Source: Octopus sinensis (taxonomy: Eukaryota). From it: a DNA stretch of 64,000 bases. The notes under the pieces are model-generated. The model saw only the letters and a program-made list of their open reading frames with translations, ran no database searches and was not told the origin of the DNA. This document shows, one piece after another, positions 26,611 to 38,617 of the stretch. The translations under genes were made by a program, and so were the position numbers. Positions within the stretch are counted from its first letter, which is position 1. Each line of letters begins with the position of its first letter. The stretch covers positions 13,516,001-13,580,000 of the forward strand of contig NC_043015.1 of the NCBI RefSeq assembly GCF_006345805.1, in the 5' to 3' direction.

Positions 26611-27165
26611 CAAGTATGAACATGAACAAGACGGAGTCACCGAGAACAAGGAATATAAGAATCTGTGGGATTTTACACTCGAATGTGACTTCTTAATCGA
26701 TGCTCGGAGACCAGATATTGTTTTGGTAGATAAAACGAAAAAGGAAACCAAGGTTATAGATATTTCCATACCTGAAGATGCACACATAAATAACAAAGAA
26801 CTAGAAAACATTGAAAAGTACAAACTACAAAAAAGATGAAATTGCAAGAATGTGGATTGCGAGGAGAGTGTCTGAGAAGAGTTGTAGGAGCACTCGGAGC
26901 ACTAACAGCCAAGTACGAGAAATGTGTCAGAGAGATCGGATTTGACTTGAGAGCAGAGTAAGCCCAAAAAAACTGCTCTGCTGGGGACAGCTAGGATTCT
27001 GAGATAGATACTTGGATATTGAATGTCTTCCACGATAATTAACAACCAAGTATCAAAGCTTATAGTGTGCAGAAAGAGACCCGGTGAGACCTCTGACAAC
27101 AGGCTGCTATCCGCTCTCACAGAATCAACCAGAGCAAATAACACCGAGCACTCTGAGAAGGAAAA
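26610..27165 (+). mobile_element. REL-endonuclease LINE (R4/Dong-like) 3' fragment
   Basis: 'LWDFTLECDFLIDARRPDIVLVDKTKKETKVIDISIPEDAHINNKELENIEKY' carries the PD..D motif; 'GTARILR' C-terminus; ends in (CAA)n(TAA)n. Confidence 0.85.
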
Positions 27166-27193
27166 CAACAACAACAACAACAACAACAATAAC

Positions 27194-27248
<55 letters not shown>

Positions 27249-27250
<2 letters not shown>

Positions 27251-27460
27251 CCAAAGCTAATAAACTAGATACTGTTGTGAAAGACCAAACAATAAAATTT
27301 GTTTATTGATTGACGTGATCATACCTTGTAATCATAATACCACGGCAAAAGAATCTGATAAGCTCAGAAAATATAAAGATTTGTGGCTTGAAATCGAAAA
27401 AATGTGCATTTCAAGACGGTTATAACACCAGTGATTGTAGGGACACTTGAAATGCTCAAA
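27249..27460 (+). mobile_element. Second REL-LINE endonuclease fragment (degenerate)
   Basis: Remnants resembling 'LIDV..P.......K...KYKDL.LEIEKM' and 'TPVIVGTL'. Confidence 0.55.
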
Positions 27461-27851
27461 AATGGAACTGAAAATTGAGGATGATTCTTGGTTTACCATC
27501 CTTGCAATAAGTGCAAAAAATTGTTTTAACTGGTATGTCACTCATATTGAGAAGAGTACTGTCACTGTGAATTTTCTTTCTTTTTTACTCACCTATTTTC
27601 TTTGTTTCTTTTATTCATTTTTCCTTTTTTAATTTGATTTTTAACTTTTATTCTTATTCTTTTTTATTCTTTTTCTTTCTTTCTTCCTTCCTCTAATTCT
27701 ATCACATGACTTGTGTGTTTATTTTAATGGCCTAATAATGCATACGGTGAGTTTTTTTGCCCTAGGCGTCAGGAAGACACATGGCAAGAAGTGGAAACAA
27801 GAGAATAACAATACTAATAATAATAATAACAACAACAACAACAACAACAAC

Positions 27852-29141
27852 TGAAGGAGAAAGAGATAACAAGAGAGCTGGAAAAGAAATACCAGTCAGT
27901 AGAAAAGCCAAACAACAACATAAGTGATAAAATTCATACCAAAGAAGAATTTAAAGGAAAAATAATAATAACGCTACCAATAAGAAAGGGACGACTAGCA
28001 CCAGCGATTTAAGTGCGGAAAACCAGAAGATTTTAGATAAATTGAAGGAAGCAAAAGATTACCTATTTCTTTACTAAACACAGAGGGGACAAACACAGAG
28101 ACGACAAACAAGGACAGACAAACGGATTAAGTCGATTATATCGACCCCAGTGCGCAACTGGTACTTAATTTATCGACCCCGAAAGGATGAACGGTAAAGT
28201 CGACCTCGGCGGAATTTGAACTCAGAACGTAACGGCAGACGAAATACCGCTAAGCATTTCGCCCGACGTGCTAACGTTTCCGACCAACGGTAGGAAGCTG
28301 CTAGATCTGACTAGGAAAGTAAATTCTGTTATCAGTAGGATAGATACTAAAAATATAGGTGGCACTAACCTATTGGTTTATGCAGGAGGGGTAGTTGCCA
28401 CTAGAAGATTAGCTATTTCTCATGGAAGGATTAGAAAAGAGCAAATGTGGAAAAGGGGATTACAAAATAAAGCGAAGACTTTAAGACAAGATTGGAGTAG
28501 GATTGAAACCAACCAGGAAACTGAACAAGTTAGAAAGCACAAGATTTAAATCTTCTCTAGGAAAAAAAAGATACTTAGTTAAAGAGAAAGCATTTGGGAT
28601 AGTAATGGAAGAGCTTAAACAGTGTATCATAGTAGTAGCAGGTGAGCTTTTCAAATATCAGAAAAAATAGAACAGAATAGATTATTTGACTTAAGCCAGA
28701 GCAGATTTTATAGCCAAATAAATAGGATGAGAAACCTAATACAGAAGCTAGAACATTCTGGAATGATATTTGGAATACGCCAGTCAATCATAATGGAAAT
28801 GCAGCATCGTTAAAGAAAATGTGCAGCATGGTTAAAGAAATAGAAGTAGTCAGTGAGAAGCAAACAGATCTAAAACTAACTAGTGCATTAATGAGAAAAG
28901 TGTTAGGAAAAATGCCGAAATAGAAGGGCCCAGAACCAGATTTAGTTCAACGGTACTGGTTAAAGAAATTTGTAGCTTACATGAGAGATTAAGGGAGAAA
29001 CTTCAGGATTGCCTGAATAGAGGAGTAATACCAGATTAGATGATTAGAGGGGGAACAGTACTTCTTATGAAAGACAAAAGCAACGGTAATACAGATAGTA
29101 ATTATAGACCAATCACTTGCTTACCAATAGTGTGGAAGTTG
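27852..29141 (+). mobile_element. REL-LINE (R4/Dong-like) N-terminal to RT-start fragment, interrupted by a SINE A at ~28065-28290
   Basis: 'TNLLVYAGGVV...WKRGLQNKAKTLRQDWSRIE', 'GPEPDLVQRYWLKK' and 'GTVLLMKDKSNGN..SNYRPITCLPIVWKL'. Confidence 0.85.
28065..28290 (-). mobile_element. SINE family A with tail type A2
   Basis: Family head and core, but the tail is TAATCCGTTTGTCTGTCCTTGTTTGTC...AAAGAAATAGG. Confidence 0.9.
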
Positions 29142-29212
29142 GTTTTTGTTTTTCTCTTTTCAATCTGTCTTTGTTTTCAATCTTATTTATTTCTATCCCC
29201 TATAACTGACAG

Positions 29213-29428
29213 ATACATTCCAGAATCCCCACGATGGCTACAGAGTCAGGGAGAACGTGAACGATTTGAAGATGTTATGCGGAAGATAGCAGAAGGTAAC
29301 GGCGTCGAAGTGTCACCAAAATTGTTTGATTCTTTAGAATTTCGCGAAAATGTCAAGTCAGTGCCATTATGGATTATATTTACCTCTAAAAAACTAACGA
29401 TTCAAAGTCTGATTATTTTCCTCAACTG
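29213..29428 (+). CDS. SLC22-like exon (216 bp): YIPESPRWLQSQG...LIIFLN(W)
   Basis: gacag acceptor, gtaagt donor. Contains the 'PESPRWL' signature and central cytoplasmic loop. Confidence 0.95.
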
Positions 29429-29849
29429 GTAAGTAAATCATATAAATTTCTTGATTCTTATTGAGATTCCTCCATGAAAGTGAAATTTCGCATAGTTGTA
29501 TCAAACATAAGCAAAAAGCCTTAAATTTATAGAGAAGGAGGTTACTGGTACTTTCTTTTATAGTTTTATAGACCCTAGAGCGATGAAAGGAAATGTTGAC
29601 CGTGGAAGAGTTTAAAATCAGAAATATGAAGTACGGTACTGAATAAAACAAAACATTGTGTCCGACACCCTACCAATTCTGCTAGTTCATCGCCCTCTAT
29701 AGTGACAACATTAACGTATATCGATAACTATCTTCATGATTTGTCAACATGCATAAGAATTTAGTTCCGAAATTTGTAGCATTACGGATCGATCAATTTT
29801 CAGTCAGTTAAAACACTAGTATATATCAATAGTATTTCCACTCTCGAAA

Positions 29850-29882
29850 GAGGTCTGATCAATAAGTATCCGGACTGTTGCT
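29850..29882. mobile_element. Solo mariner TIR fragment
   Basis: GAGGTCTGATCAATAAGTATCCGGACTG is nearly identical to the TIR at 30187. Confidence 0.75.
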
Positions 29883-30186
29883 ATTTCAGTGATACGTTTC
29901 CATGAGTTATATTTCAAGCTTGTGATATTTAGTTGGTATGACCTGGAGAGATATCTTCTAGAAAATGAATGGTCTTAATTGGAATAGATGGGCTGTAGAT
30001 CCTTTTCAAATGTTTGACATTATTTGGTGAAGGGGAGAGACATTGAAATGATGTTCAAAAACAATGGGCTCTGATCAGCCTATAGCAAAAAGTGATCCTT
30101 TACAGTAAGCTGTATTCTTCCAGGTTTAACTGTTCCCTTCAAGCATTCTGTTTCCCATGTTTCAATATGGTTGAGCCAAATATATA

Positions 30187-31025
30187 CGTGGTCTAATCAA
30201 TAAGTATCCGGACTTTTCCCATAGTAACGAAGCTAAAACACGCAGAATAAAGCTACTTGGCACAGATTGAGCTTGAACTCTGCTGTGCATGCACACTAAG
30301 TTTTAATGTTCTAACTCACTTCTGCTGTTTACAGCAGTGCCTGGAAGGAACGTTTGTAGCGTGTGTTCGTCGCATTGACCATGACAGAGAAACTTGAGCT
30401 GAGAATCTGCATCATATTTTGTCAAAAGCTTGGTGTACCAGCTCAGAGGCCTACGTAAAGTTTTCAAAAAGTTTTCATCGTTCCCGACAAGAAGGTCTTG
30501 TGCAGCTGAAACCCGAGTGTCTTTTTGGTCAGCTGAAAGCATTTTTGGCACAAACTTAGCATCTCATACCCAAATCTTCAGTGATAATGGACTGAACTGA
30601 ATCGTAACTAATTTGCACATCCTCTGATAACTCAACGATGGTAATTCGACGATTTCCTCTCACAACTGCAGGCACATCTTCGATGCTTTTGCGGGTCTCC
30701 CAAAACGTTCGTCGATATCGACATTTTTCAGCCATCTTGGAAACTTCTGAACCACTCGAGCACTTGTGTGCGGCTCATACACTCTTCACCATACAGTTTC
30801 TGCAACTTTACGTAGGCCTCTGAGCAAGTATCACCATGGTCAATGCGACGATCACACGCTACACGCCTTCCTTCCAAGTACTGCTATAAACAGCAGAAGT
30901 GAGTTAGAACTGTACAATTCAATGTGCCTGCACAACAGAGTCCAAGATCAATTTCTGCCAAGCAGCTTTACTCTGCGTGCTTTAGCTTCGTTACTATGGT
31001 AACAGTCCTTATTGATAAGACCTCG
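30187..31025. mobile_element. Fold-back mariner derivative made of two inverted 5' ends
   Basis: TIRs at 30187 and 31025, both flanked by TA. The left arm begins the transposase on + (MTEKLE..ICI.FCQKLG). The right arm carries the same start on - and continues to 'LSADQKDTRVSAAQDLL..NDENFLKT'. Confidence 0.85.
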
Positions 31026-31826
31026 TATGTACTCAAAATAACAATCGCAAAATATGTTATGAATTTCTGTTATGTTAGTATTACATCAACAAGTTGTTTT
31101 GATATTGCTGAAAGTCGATACGAGAGTAACTATCGTTTGATTCAATATTGTAGCGCTTCTAGATACAATGGTGAATTAATAGATGATTCATACATTTGCA
31201 CCACACTGGACTGATCTTTTATAACGCCTGTGTATTTTTAAAATGCCTTCAGAACATACGGGTGCATGACATGGTTGTAAAGTTGAAAACTTCGTTTCGC
31301 AACTATGTGTATTCAATCTCACCGTATGGCACATTAGAGAAGTATCTTTTACCTTAAATTCAGAATAAGGTCTTGTAACTGTAGTTTGATAGACAGTGTC
31401 CTTCGGAATGCTCATTATTTTTCTAGGGTAGTAGACTTAAATCCTTGTCGCGCAGTTTAGCACAACAACCTGATCTTTCGATACCTATAACGGAGTCCAC
31501 TCTGTACTTCCACAGTCTCTGGAGCCTTGAAAAGGCTCATTGGCGCGACCCTTTTTCTTCGATTAAACCATTAAAAAAAGTAAAAGTACATAGCTAGAAA
31601 GTGATAATGAAAATCCTTATGCAGATTTGGTTCGTCGTGAGCTTATCTCTTATTCTATTACAACATCAAATATCTTAGGAAACACAGACGGCAGTAATTA
31701 TCGTTGCCTTCTTCATTTAAGACTGCTTATCATATTCAAAGAAACGTAAATTAAAGTTAACTGATGATTTTATATCAATATGTCAGAGATGTAAATAAAA
31801 ATATACTACCATTCTTTCACTTGCAG

Positions 31827-32050
31827 GTTTGTCGTCAGCATGGTTTATTATGGTCTGTCATTAAATAGTGTGAACCTTGGTGGAAACATTTTCCTAAATT
31901 TCTTCTTCATAGGCCTAGCAGAGTTTCCAGCTTATTTCCTTTGTATACTTATTATTGATAAAGTTGGTCGAAAGCCAGTTTACTGTACATCAATGATTCT
32001 GGGTGGAATATCGTGTGTATCATCACTGGTCACCATGATGTATCTTAAGG
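31827..32050 (+). CDS. SLC22-like exon (224 bp): FVVSMVYYGLSLN...AEFPAY...DKVGRKP...MMYLK
   Basis: ttgcag acceptor, gtaagt donor. Contains 'YYGLSLN' and the second motif A 'DKVGRK'. Confidence 0.95.
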
Positions 32051-32167
32051 GTAAGTAACCAATTGTACAATTTTCGTATAAGTCCTCTCCCTCTCTCCCT
32101 CTTCGACTCTCACCGGTGTGCTGACGGTTCTGCAAGCTCACCACCTTAATAATAATGATAGAAATGA

Positions 32168-32202
<35 letters not shown>

Positions 32203-32220
32203 CGACGACGACGACGACGA

Positions 32221-32254
<34 letters not shown>

Positions 32255-32949
32255 GGTGGTGGTGGTTTTGGTCGCTCCTGTCGGTTTCGACGTATGAGTG
32301 TTTGAGGGCGAGGACCTAAAGTTAAAGAGAGTAATAGAAAGAAGGAAAAAACCTGGGAAGCTGCCTCTATTTGCGATGGATGCGGGAATGTAATTTCAGT
32401 CCAGCAATGGAAACAGTGAGGATTTTGATTTTTCCTTCGATTGGGCAAGTGTGTCTGTTGATTGCGGGATGTAATTCGTCTGTTATTAATTTGTTTTCAA
32501 CTCAAATTGTTTGGATGCATCTTGTATTTTGAGCACATTTTTGTATGGGGCAGAGGTATGGACTCCCTATTATAGACATATAAAGAAACTTGAAACCTTC
32601 CACATGTGCTCTTTGCGCAACATATGCAACATAGAATAAGCAAGATGAGATATCTTATGCTAAAATCTTAGAAAAATTGTGCTATCTCCAATATCCAAAA
32701 CATGCTGATGTTGATTACAAAGGGTTTACACTAAGAAAAACATTATGGATGGCACAGGGAAAGCATTGTGTGTGTGTGTGTGTTATTGTGAGGGTTTTGC
32801 GTGTAAACAGGTTTACGAAAAAAAAAGCAATAACATTTTAACAATGCGTATTCCTCAATAAGGAGGGGACGTTCGAGGTCTGTTCATGGAAAAACCCCAT
32901 AAGACTACAGGTGTTCTGACTTCTGCGGCAGGTACCTTTCCTCAGTTCC

Positions 32950-33690
32950 TCATCTCCGATTTATAGGTATACACTCAGGACAGGCCTGTTCACTCGCATC
33001 ATTCTCGCCACTTTCTTAAACCTTTTAACAAAATGGCTGGAGAACAACACTTCCCTTTTCCCCCTTATTTTGCTCTTCGAGTGAAACTTGAAGTTCATGA
33101 GGCATTGGCCAAAAAGTAAAGTGTTTGTCTTCGGCCCCTTCAATCGCTTCCACCTTACAACCTCTTTTGCTGTGGCCATCAGACTTATAAAAACTGCCTG
33201 CCCTTCCCGGTTAAAAGAAAGCAGCGGGTCAGTCTTCACAATCGATTCAGTTGATAGCGGATTCCGTCACACACGTGTCAGCAGGTGTCTGATATAAACC
33301 CACAGGTCAGCAATGCTCGAACATTGCCCGAATACTTGCAGGACGGTTTCGTCATCCTGCGCGCATCTCGGACATGCTCAGCAGACGGCACTTCCGTGCC
33401 TGTTGTGTTTATCTCGAACAAACAATGCGCCCCAGTAGCATTGCTATGCTAGGGATTTCTGGAAGTTATTCATCGGCTCTAGGCCGAGAATTCTCTGGAA
33501 TAGAGTGGCTCGTTGATCGTCTTCGACGCTTAGGGTCTTCCCAAGAATGTAGTCGCCCTTTTCCGCCACTAATCCTCTATAGAACACTAAAGTGAACTTT
33601 CTACGTATCGCAGTGCCCGACTGGTTGAGAGCTATGAGTGCGTGAAGACAATCCACTTTCCAATTATTTGTGATTTTCACAGAAAGCCGA
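32950..33690 (-). mobile_element. L1-clade (Tx1-like) LINE ORF2 C-terminal fragment
   Basis: 'CPRCAQDDETVLQVFGQC' zinc-knuckle region followed by 'SFNREGQAVFISLMATAKEVV.W..LKG'. Confidence 0.7.
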
Positions 33691-34369
33691 CATATTTGAT
33701 AGGAGAGAGTCAGTCAATTACCTGGACCCTGGTACTTGACTGATATTTTTTTAATGAGCCTGTAAGGATGAGAGGCATAGTCGACCTCGGCAGAATTTTT
33801 TTAAACCTCAGGACTCATAACCATAAAACCCAGTTTTTCCTTCCCTGAACATCGACTCTAAGGAATTCCCCCCATCCCTGCTCAAGTTTTTTTCTGCAAG
33901 TTCTTACTAACAAGATTTCATCAGAAACATTCAGAGCATCAATTTCACCGCTTTGAGATGGCATGCGAAGGCTTTTTCGTAGCCACATCCTCCAGAAACA
34001 AGTTTAAGGTCTTTGCTTCGTATCCATGATAAAAAACATTTGTCTGAGATCTCACATAGTGGCCTCTTTTGCTATTGCAGCGACTAAAACCTAGAGAATA
34101 AAATTAGGAAGGCGGAATTGAGCAGATGTCCGTTCAATGAATTGTACCTGTGATATAAAAGCCCAGCTTTATCACACCTTATATCACTCTGACTCTCCCC
34201 AAGGAATACGATACAGGTGTACGTGTCAGCGGAATACTCAATCACTAACGCGAAAATTAAAAGAATCAAAAGTCTCTTCCGAGCCATGGGCTCATAAGGC
34301 TAGTTTCCTGAATTCTGTGGCGTGTATATCTCTCCATTGGATGAGATGTCGATTCGCTGCAGGACTATT

Positions 34370-34480
34370 TGTTTTTGGTAGCTGAGTGGACTGGAGCAGC
34401 GTGGAATGAAGTGTTTTACTCAAGAACACAACCCATCGCCCGATCCATGAATCAAAATCGCTATCATACGATCAGAAGGG
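34370..34480 (-). mobile_element. Old CORE/MIR-like SINE fragment
   Basis: Reverse complement reads TTGAGTAAAACACTTCATTCCACGCTGCTCCAGTCCACTCAGCT. Confidence 0.45.
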
Positions 34481-34917
34481 CAACAAGGCGCCTCCAAAAC
34501 ATGCTAATTAAATCAATAAGTATTTCAGCTTATCATACAACTGAATACTCAGTCTAAACAGACGAAAATCCATTTTTAAAATGTAATATCGCATAGGTTT
34601 TATTCAAATTTATCATAAGTGTAGCTATGTTTTACTTCGTTTCTATATTAGCCATTCGTCTTTACCATATATTCTTTTCCTGCGCTTGATTTTGTCTCTA
34701 TTCCAGATACTAACACTCATCTATACAATTTTTTCTATTTGTGCTCCAAGATTGATTCGTAAGGGACCGAGTTACCATTAATTTAGTAATAAATATACAC
34801 AGGAGCATAGTTTGGTCTGATAAAATACGAATCAGAGTACAATTCTTCGGATGAGTTAAGAAGTGTACAAGGGATCTTTGTTACATGACTGAATATATTT
34901 TGTTTTTTGACTTTCAG

Positions 34918-35099
34918 AATACATTGGGTTTACCATCGCTTTGACAACCTTCGGTAAATTCAATTTGGCAGCCTCTTTTGCTGTGATCTACGTCATTTCC
35001 GGTGAACTTTTTCCAACTGTCATTCGAAATGGTGCTGTCGGGACGAGTTCCTGTTTCGCAAGAATCGGTGGTATGGTGGCACCATATGTTGCAGAAGCA
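34918..35099 (+). CDS. SLC22-like exon (182 bp): YIGFTIALTTFGKF...ELFPTVIRNGAVG...ARIGGMVAPYVAEA
   Basis: tttcag acceptor, gtaagt donor. Contains the 'ELFPT-x-IR' SLC22 signature. Confidence 0.95.
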
Positions 35100-35388
35100 G
35101 TAAGTCTGACTTTTAATTCAATTACTGAAATGTTCTCATTTCCTCTGAAATGGAACTGCTTTTGACCATATTTGGTCATTGATCTTATATGACATTTGGA
35201 GAGTTTTCATTCAACTAAAAAAGAAAAAATGTATTGATGTATTCTCAACGCTTCTTTCGCTTCTTTTTATTTTTTACTTATTATTTTTTCTTCTTTTTAT
35301 CGTAAATAGCTCGTTCATTTTGATTATTTTTCATATATACTCATATATCTTTACAAATTTGTTTTACAAGATTCTTGATATGAAATCG

Positions 35389-35559
35389 TGTGTTGAAACA
35401 GATATTGTTATATTTGGGGATGGTCATATTTTTGCCAATTAACCATACGCACTATATACCTGGCCTTCACTTCAGCTTTATTTTTATCATTATTTTAATG
35501 TCCTTCGTCTTAAACCTTTCGTCACACATCCTGTGACCTCTTCAGCGACTTTCCGTCCC
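35389..35559 (-). repeat. Repeat family E, copy 1 (carries hammerhead-like core at 35507-35549)
   Basis: Reverse complement of 36621-36791; 9 differences in 171 bp. Confidence 0.9.
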
Positions 35560-35574
35560 TTGACGGGTTTAGTG

Positions 35575-35870
35575 GAAGAAATCGACCCCAGAGCTAATAA
35601 TTTTAAAGTCTGGTACTTATCGTATCAGATTCTTTCGCCAAAACGTCAAGTTACCTGGATGTAAACACGCCAACACCGGTTGTCAAGTGTTGGAGGGGAA
35701 CAAATACAAGCACACACACACACACACACAATTGGTTTCCACGAAGTTTCTGTCTACCTAATTCACCCACATGTCATTAGTCGGTTCAGGGCCATTGTAG
35801 AAGACACTTGCCTAAGCTGGCGTACAGTGTAATTGAACTCGAAACCACGTAGTTGCAAAGCGAGATATAC
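35575..35870 (-). mobile_element. SINE family B (degraded)
   Basis: GTAAACACGCCAACACCGGTTGTCAAG and GAAGACACTTGCCTAAG motifs. Confidence 0.75.
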
Positions 35871-36039
35871 ATCCTCCCGATTCCTGTTATTCTTATTCGT
35901 ATAATCATTTGACGAATAATAAGTGTGTCACTTAAAAGTTTGAACCATCACAATCAATAGTTATCTGCTTGTACGTATAAATAATATCAGTAGCAAAGAA
36001 ACGGAGTGAGCCTACCTATACACATTTTTACAAAGGTGC

Positions 36040-36131
<92 letters not shown>

Positions 36132-36600
36132 TGCATATATACTGGGTGCAGTATATACATTTACTCCATATTGAAACTCATTATTCAAACAAATTGAAAC
36201 ATTCTTATTCGCAAAAATAATTGCAAATGTTATATAACGCTGCCAAACATTCTTTAGTTTTCTTCATTGAATATAAAGGCTTAGAGAAAACGTGAACAAA
36301 TTGTAGCATTGAAAATGGCTGGAATAAAGAATTACGAGGTAAAAATGACTTGCATTAGGCAAAGAGTGACCATTTTGAAATGTAAATATATGGAAAACAT
36401 TGTCAATATATGTATAACAATCAATCTGTAAACTTTCATCAGCCAAAACCTAAAATTTTTATTTTATGACAAAATGAATAATATATAAAAATAATATATA
36501 AAAAGAATAATATAATATACTGAGTGCGGCATTTATAAATATATATGTCGCACTCGGTAGATAAAATGGTTTTAAAATACAAATAGAAATGCAGATATAT

Positions 36601-36791
36601 AAGAACAAGAGGAGACACGCGGGACGGAAAGTCGCTGAAGAGGTCACAGGGTGTGTAACGAAAGGTTTAAGACGATGGACATTAAAATAATGATATTAAT
36701 AAAGCTGAAGTGAAGACCAAGTATGTAGTGCGTATGGTTAATTGGCAAAAATATGACCATCCCCAAATTTAACAATATCTGTTTCAACACA
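36601..36791 (+). repeat. Repeat family E, copy 2 (hammerhead-like core at 36631-36673)
   Basis: Inverted partner of copy 1; its 5' part is also homologous to 62871-62942. Confidence 0.9.
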
Positions 36792-37476
36792 AGGCTGTTG
36801 TCCAACGAATTAAACAGTTGCAATTCAAACAGCAGTTTTATGCTGTACTATCCCCATGTTCTTGATACACAAACCACATGCGTAGTTGCACTAGCAGCAG
36901 CGATTTCTCGGATGTACTTAAACTCCATTATCGTAGAGTCTGTAATTATGCATGAAAAAGCATGTAAACAAATGAATGCATATGATTCTGCGTTACCAGT
37001 ATATATCAAATATGTGTGTGTGTTTACTTTTACTTGTGTATGCCTCTTTGTGTGTGCGTGTGTGTGTGTGTGTGTGTGGTGTGTGTGTGTGTGTGTGTGT
37101 GTTCGCATTTGTGTGTGTGTGAGAGCGAGAGAGCGAGAAAGAGAGAGCGGTGTATAAAAAGAGGATCGAGTCATAATAATAATTTTACCAGTTTTGAGAT
37201 GAGGGTTAAATTGAAATATTTTTATGAATAGAGATTTCTTCAATATTTGAATGGAAATTCGTAATCACGAGTGTTGAGTAGTTGTTTGTGCCTATGTCAT
37301 ATCATAGGTCGAGTAGCTTGCAGAGGTTCCTTCACCCAACGCATACAATTTGTGAACCCAATATATCTATTTTATCAAGCTATTTTCAATGTCTAAAATA
37401 TATGTCTGAAATATATAGATATACGCACGCACAAACAAACACACAGACACATACACACACACACACACAGAAAGGC

Positions 37477-37516
37477 AGACAGACAGACAGACAGACAGAC
37501 AGACATACAGACAGAC

Positions 37517-37595
<79 letters not shown>

Positions 37596-37606
37596 AAGAT
37601 AGATAG
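37477..37606. repeat. (GACA)n(GATA)n tetranucleotide microsatellite
   Basis: Direct reading. Confidence 0.95.
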
Positions 37607-38617
37607 ATGGCAATGAGCAAAAAAGAAGATAACACATGAGAGACAATTTTAAAGAAATGTATGATTTGAGCGCTTAAAAAGAAGAGAAAGTGTCTTGATG
37701 TTTCGGACACTAGTCCTTTATCTGAATGTGAAAAAGAAAAAATAAAGTAATGAGAAAAGAAAATGGGAAAGTAAAACAATGAAAAAAATGTGTCTGGTAA
37801 AAGAGGAGAAAGGAGTTACAGTTATGCATGTTAGGAGGGTGGAAACGAGAGAAGAGATGGAGGAGAAAAAGAGAAGATGAGAGGTTGTCGCTAAGAGTGA
37901 GTGCAGTGTAGTAAGCGGTGAAAAAAAAGAAGAAAGGCGTTCGCATAAGCATTATAAATATATATTCGGCAATAAGCATAAAACGAAGAGAACATTGGAG
38001 TGACAAGTTGTATTAGTTTGACGCTTAAAAAGAAGAGAAAGAGCGGAATAAGCACATCTGTTAAAGATTATACCCAAATCTACTTGAGGGAAGCTGTGAG
38101 AAAATATATGTTATATGCTGAAATATCTACAGCAAGTGTATGCTTTTGTGTACGATTGTGTTGTTGGTTTGCTCCTATCAGCTCCCAACTAGAAAACCTA
38201 TTATTAAAAACGCTCTATCCACGCACATGCCTTTTTCTTATAATGTATATTCATGACTTATTATCAATATATCTTCCATTTTTCTTTCGATGGTCGGGTG
38301 TGATATGAGAAAATTTAGCTGCTATCACTAGCAGGTCTAAATAAAACTTAAGGGATCCCTTATTCATGTCTGTATGTTGATAATCCAGTGAAGAGGAACA
38401 GAAATAGAAAACCTATTAATTAACACCGTAGAATAGTTAAAATAGAAAACTTGCTTCAAGCCTCAAGGAGAAATTATTTTCATTTCGATGATGATAAATT
38501 TGTCATTTTTTAAAAAATTTATCTTTACCATGACTTAATGATAGTGTTTCAAACATCAAAAAATTGCAAAGCATTTCAGTATTTCATTAATTCCTATTTT
38601 CTTTTTTATCTTTACAG

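Noticed and set aside
36522-36555. 11-bp hairpin as a Helitron 3' end
   Set aside because: No CTRR terminus at the expected distance.
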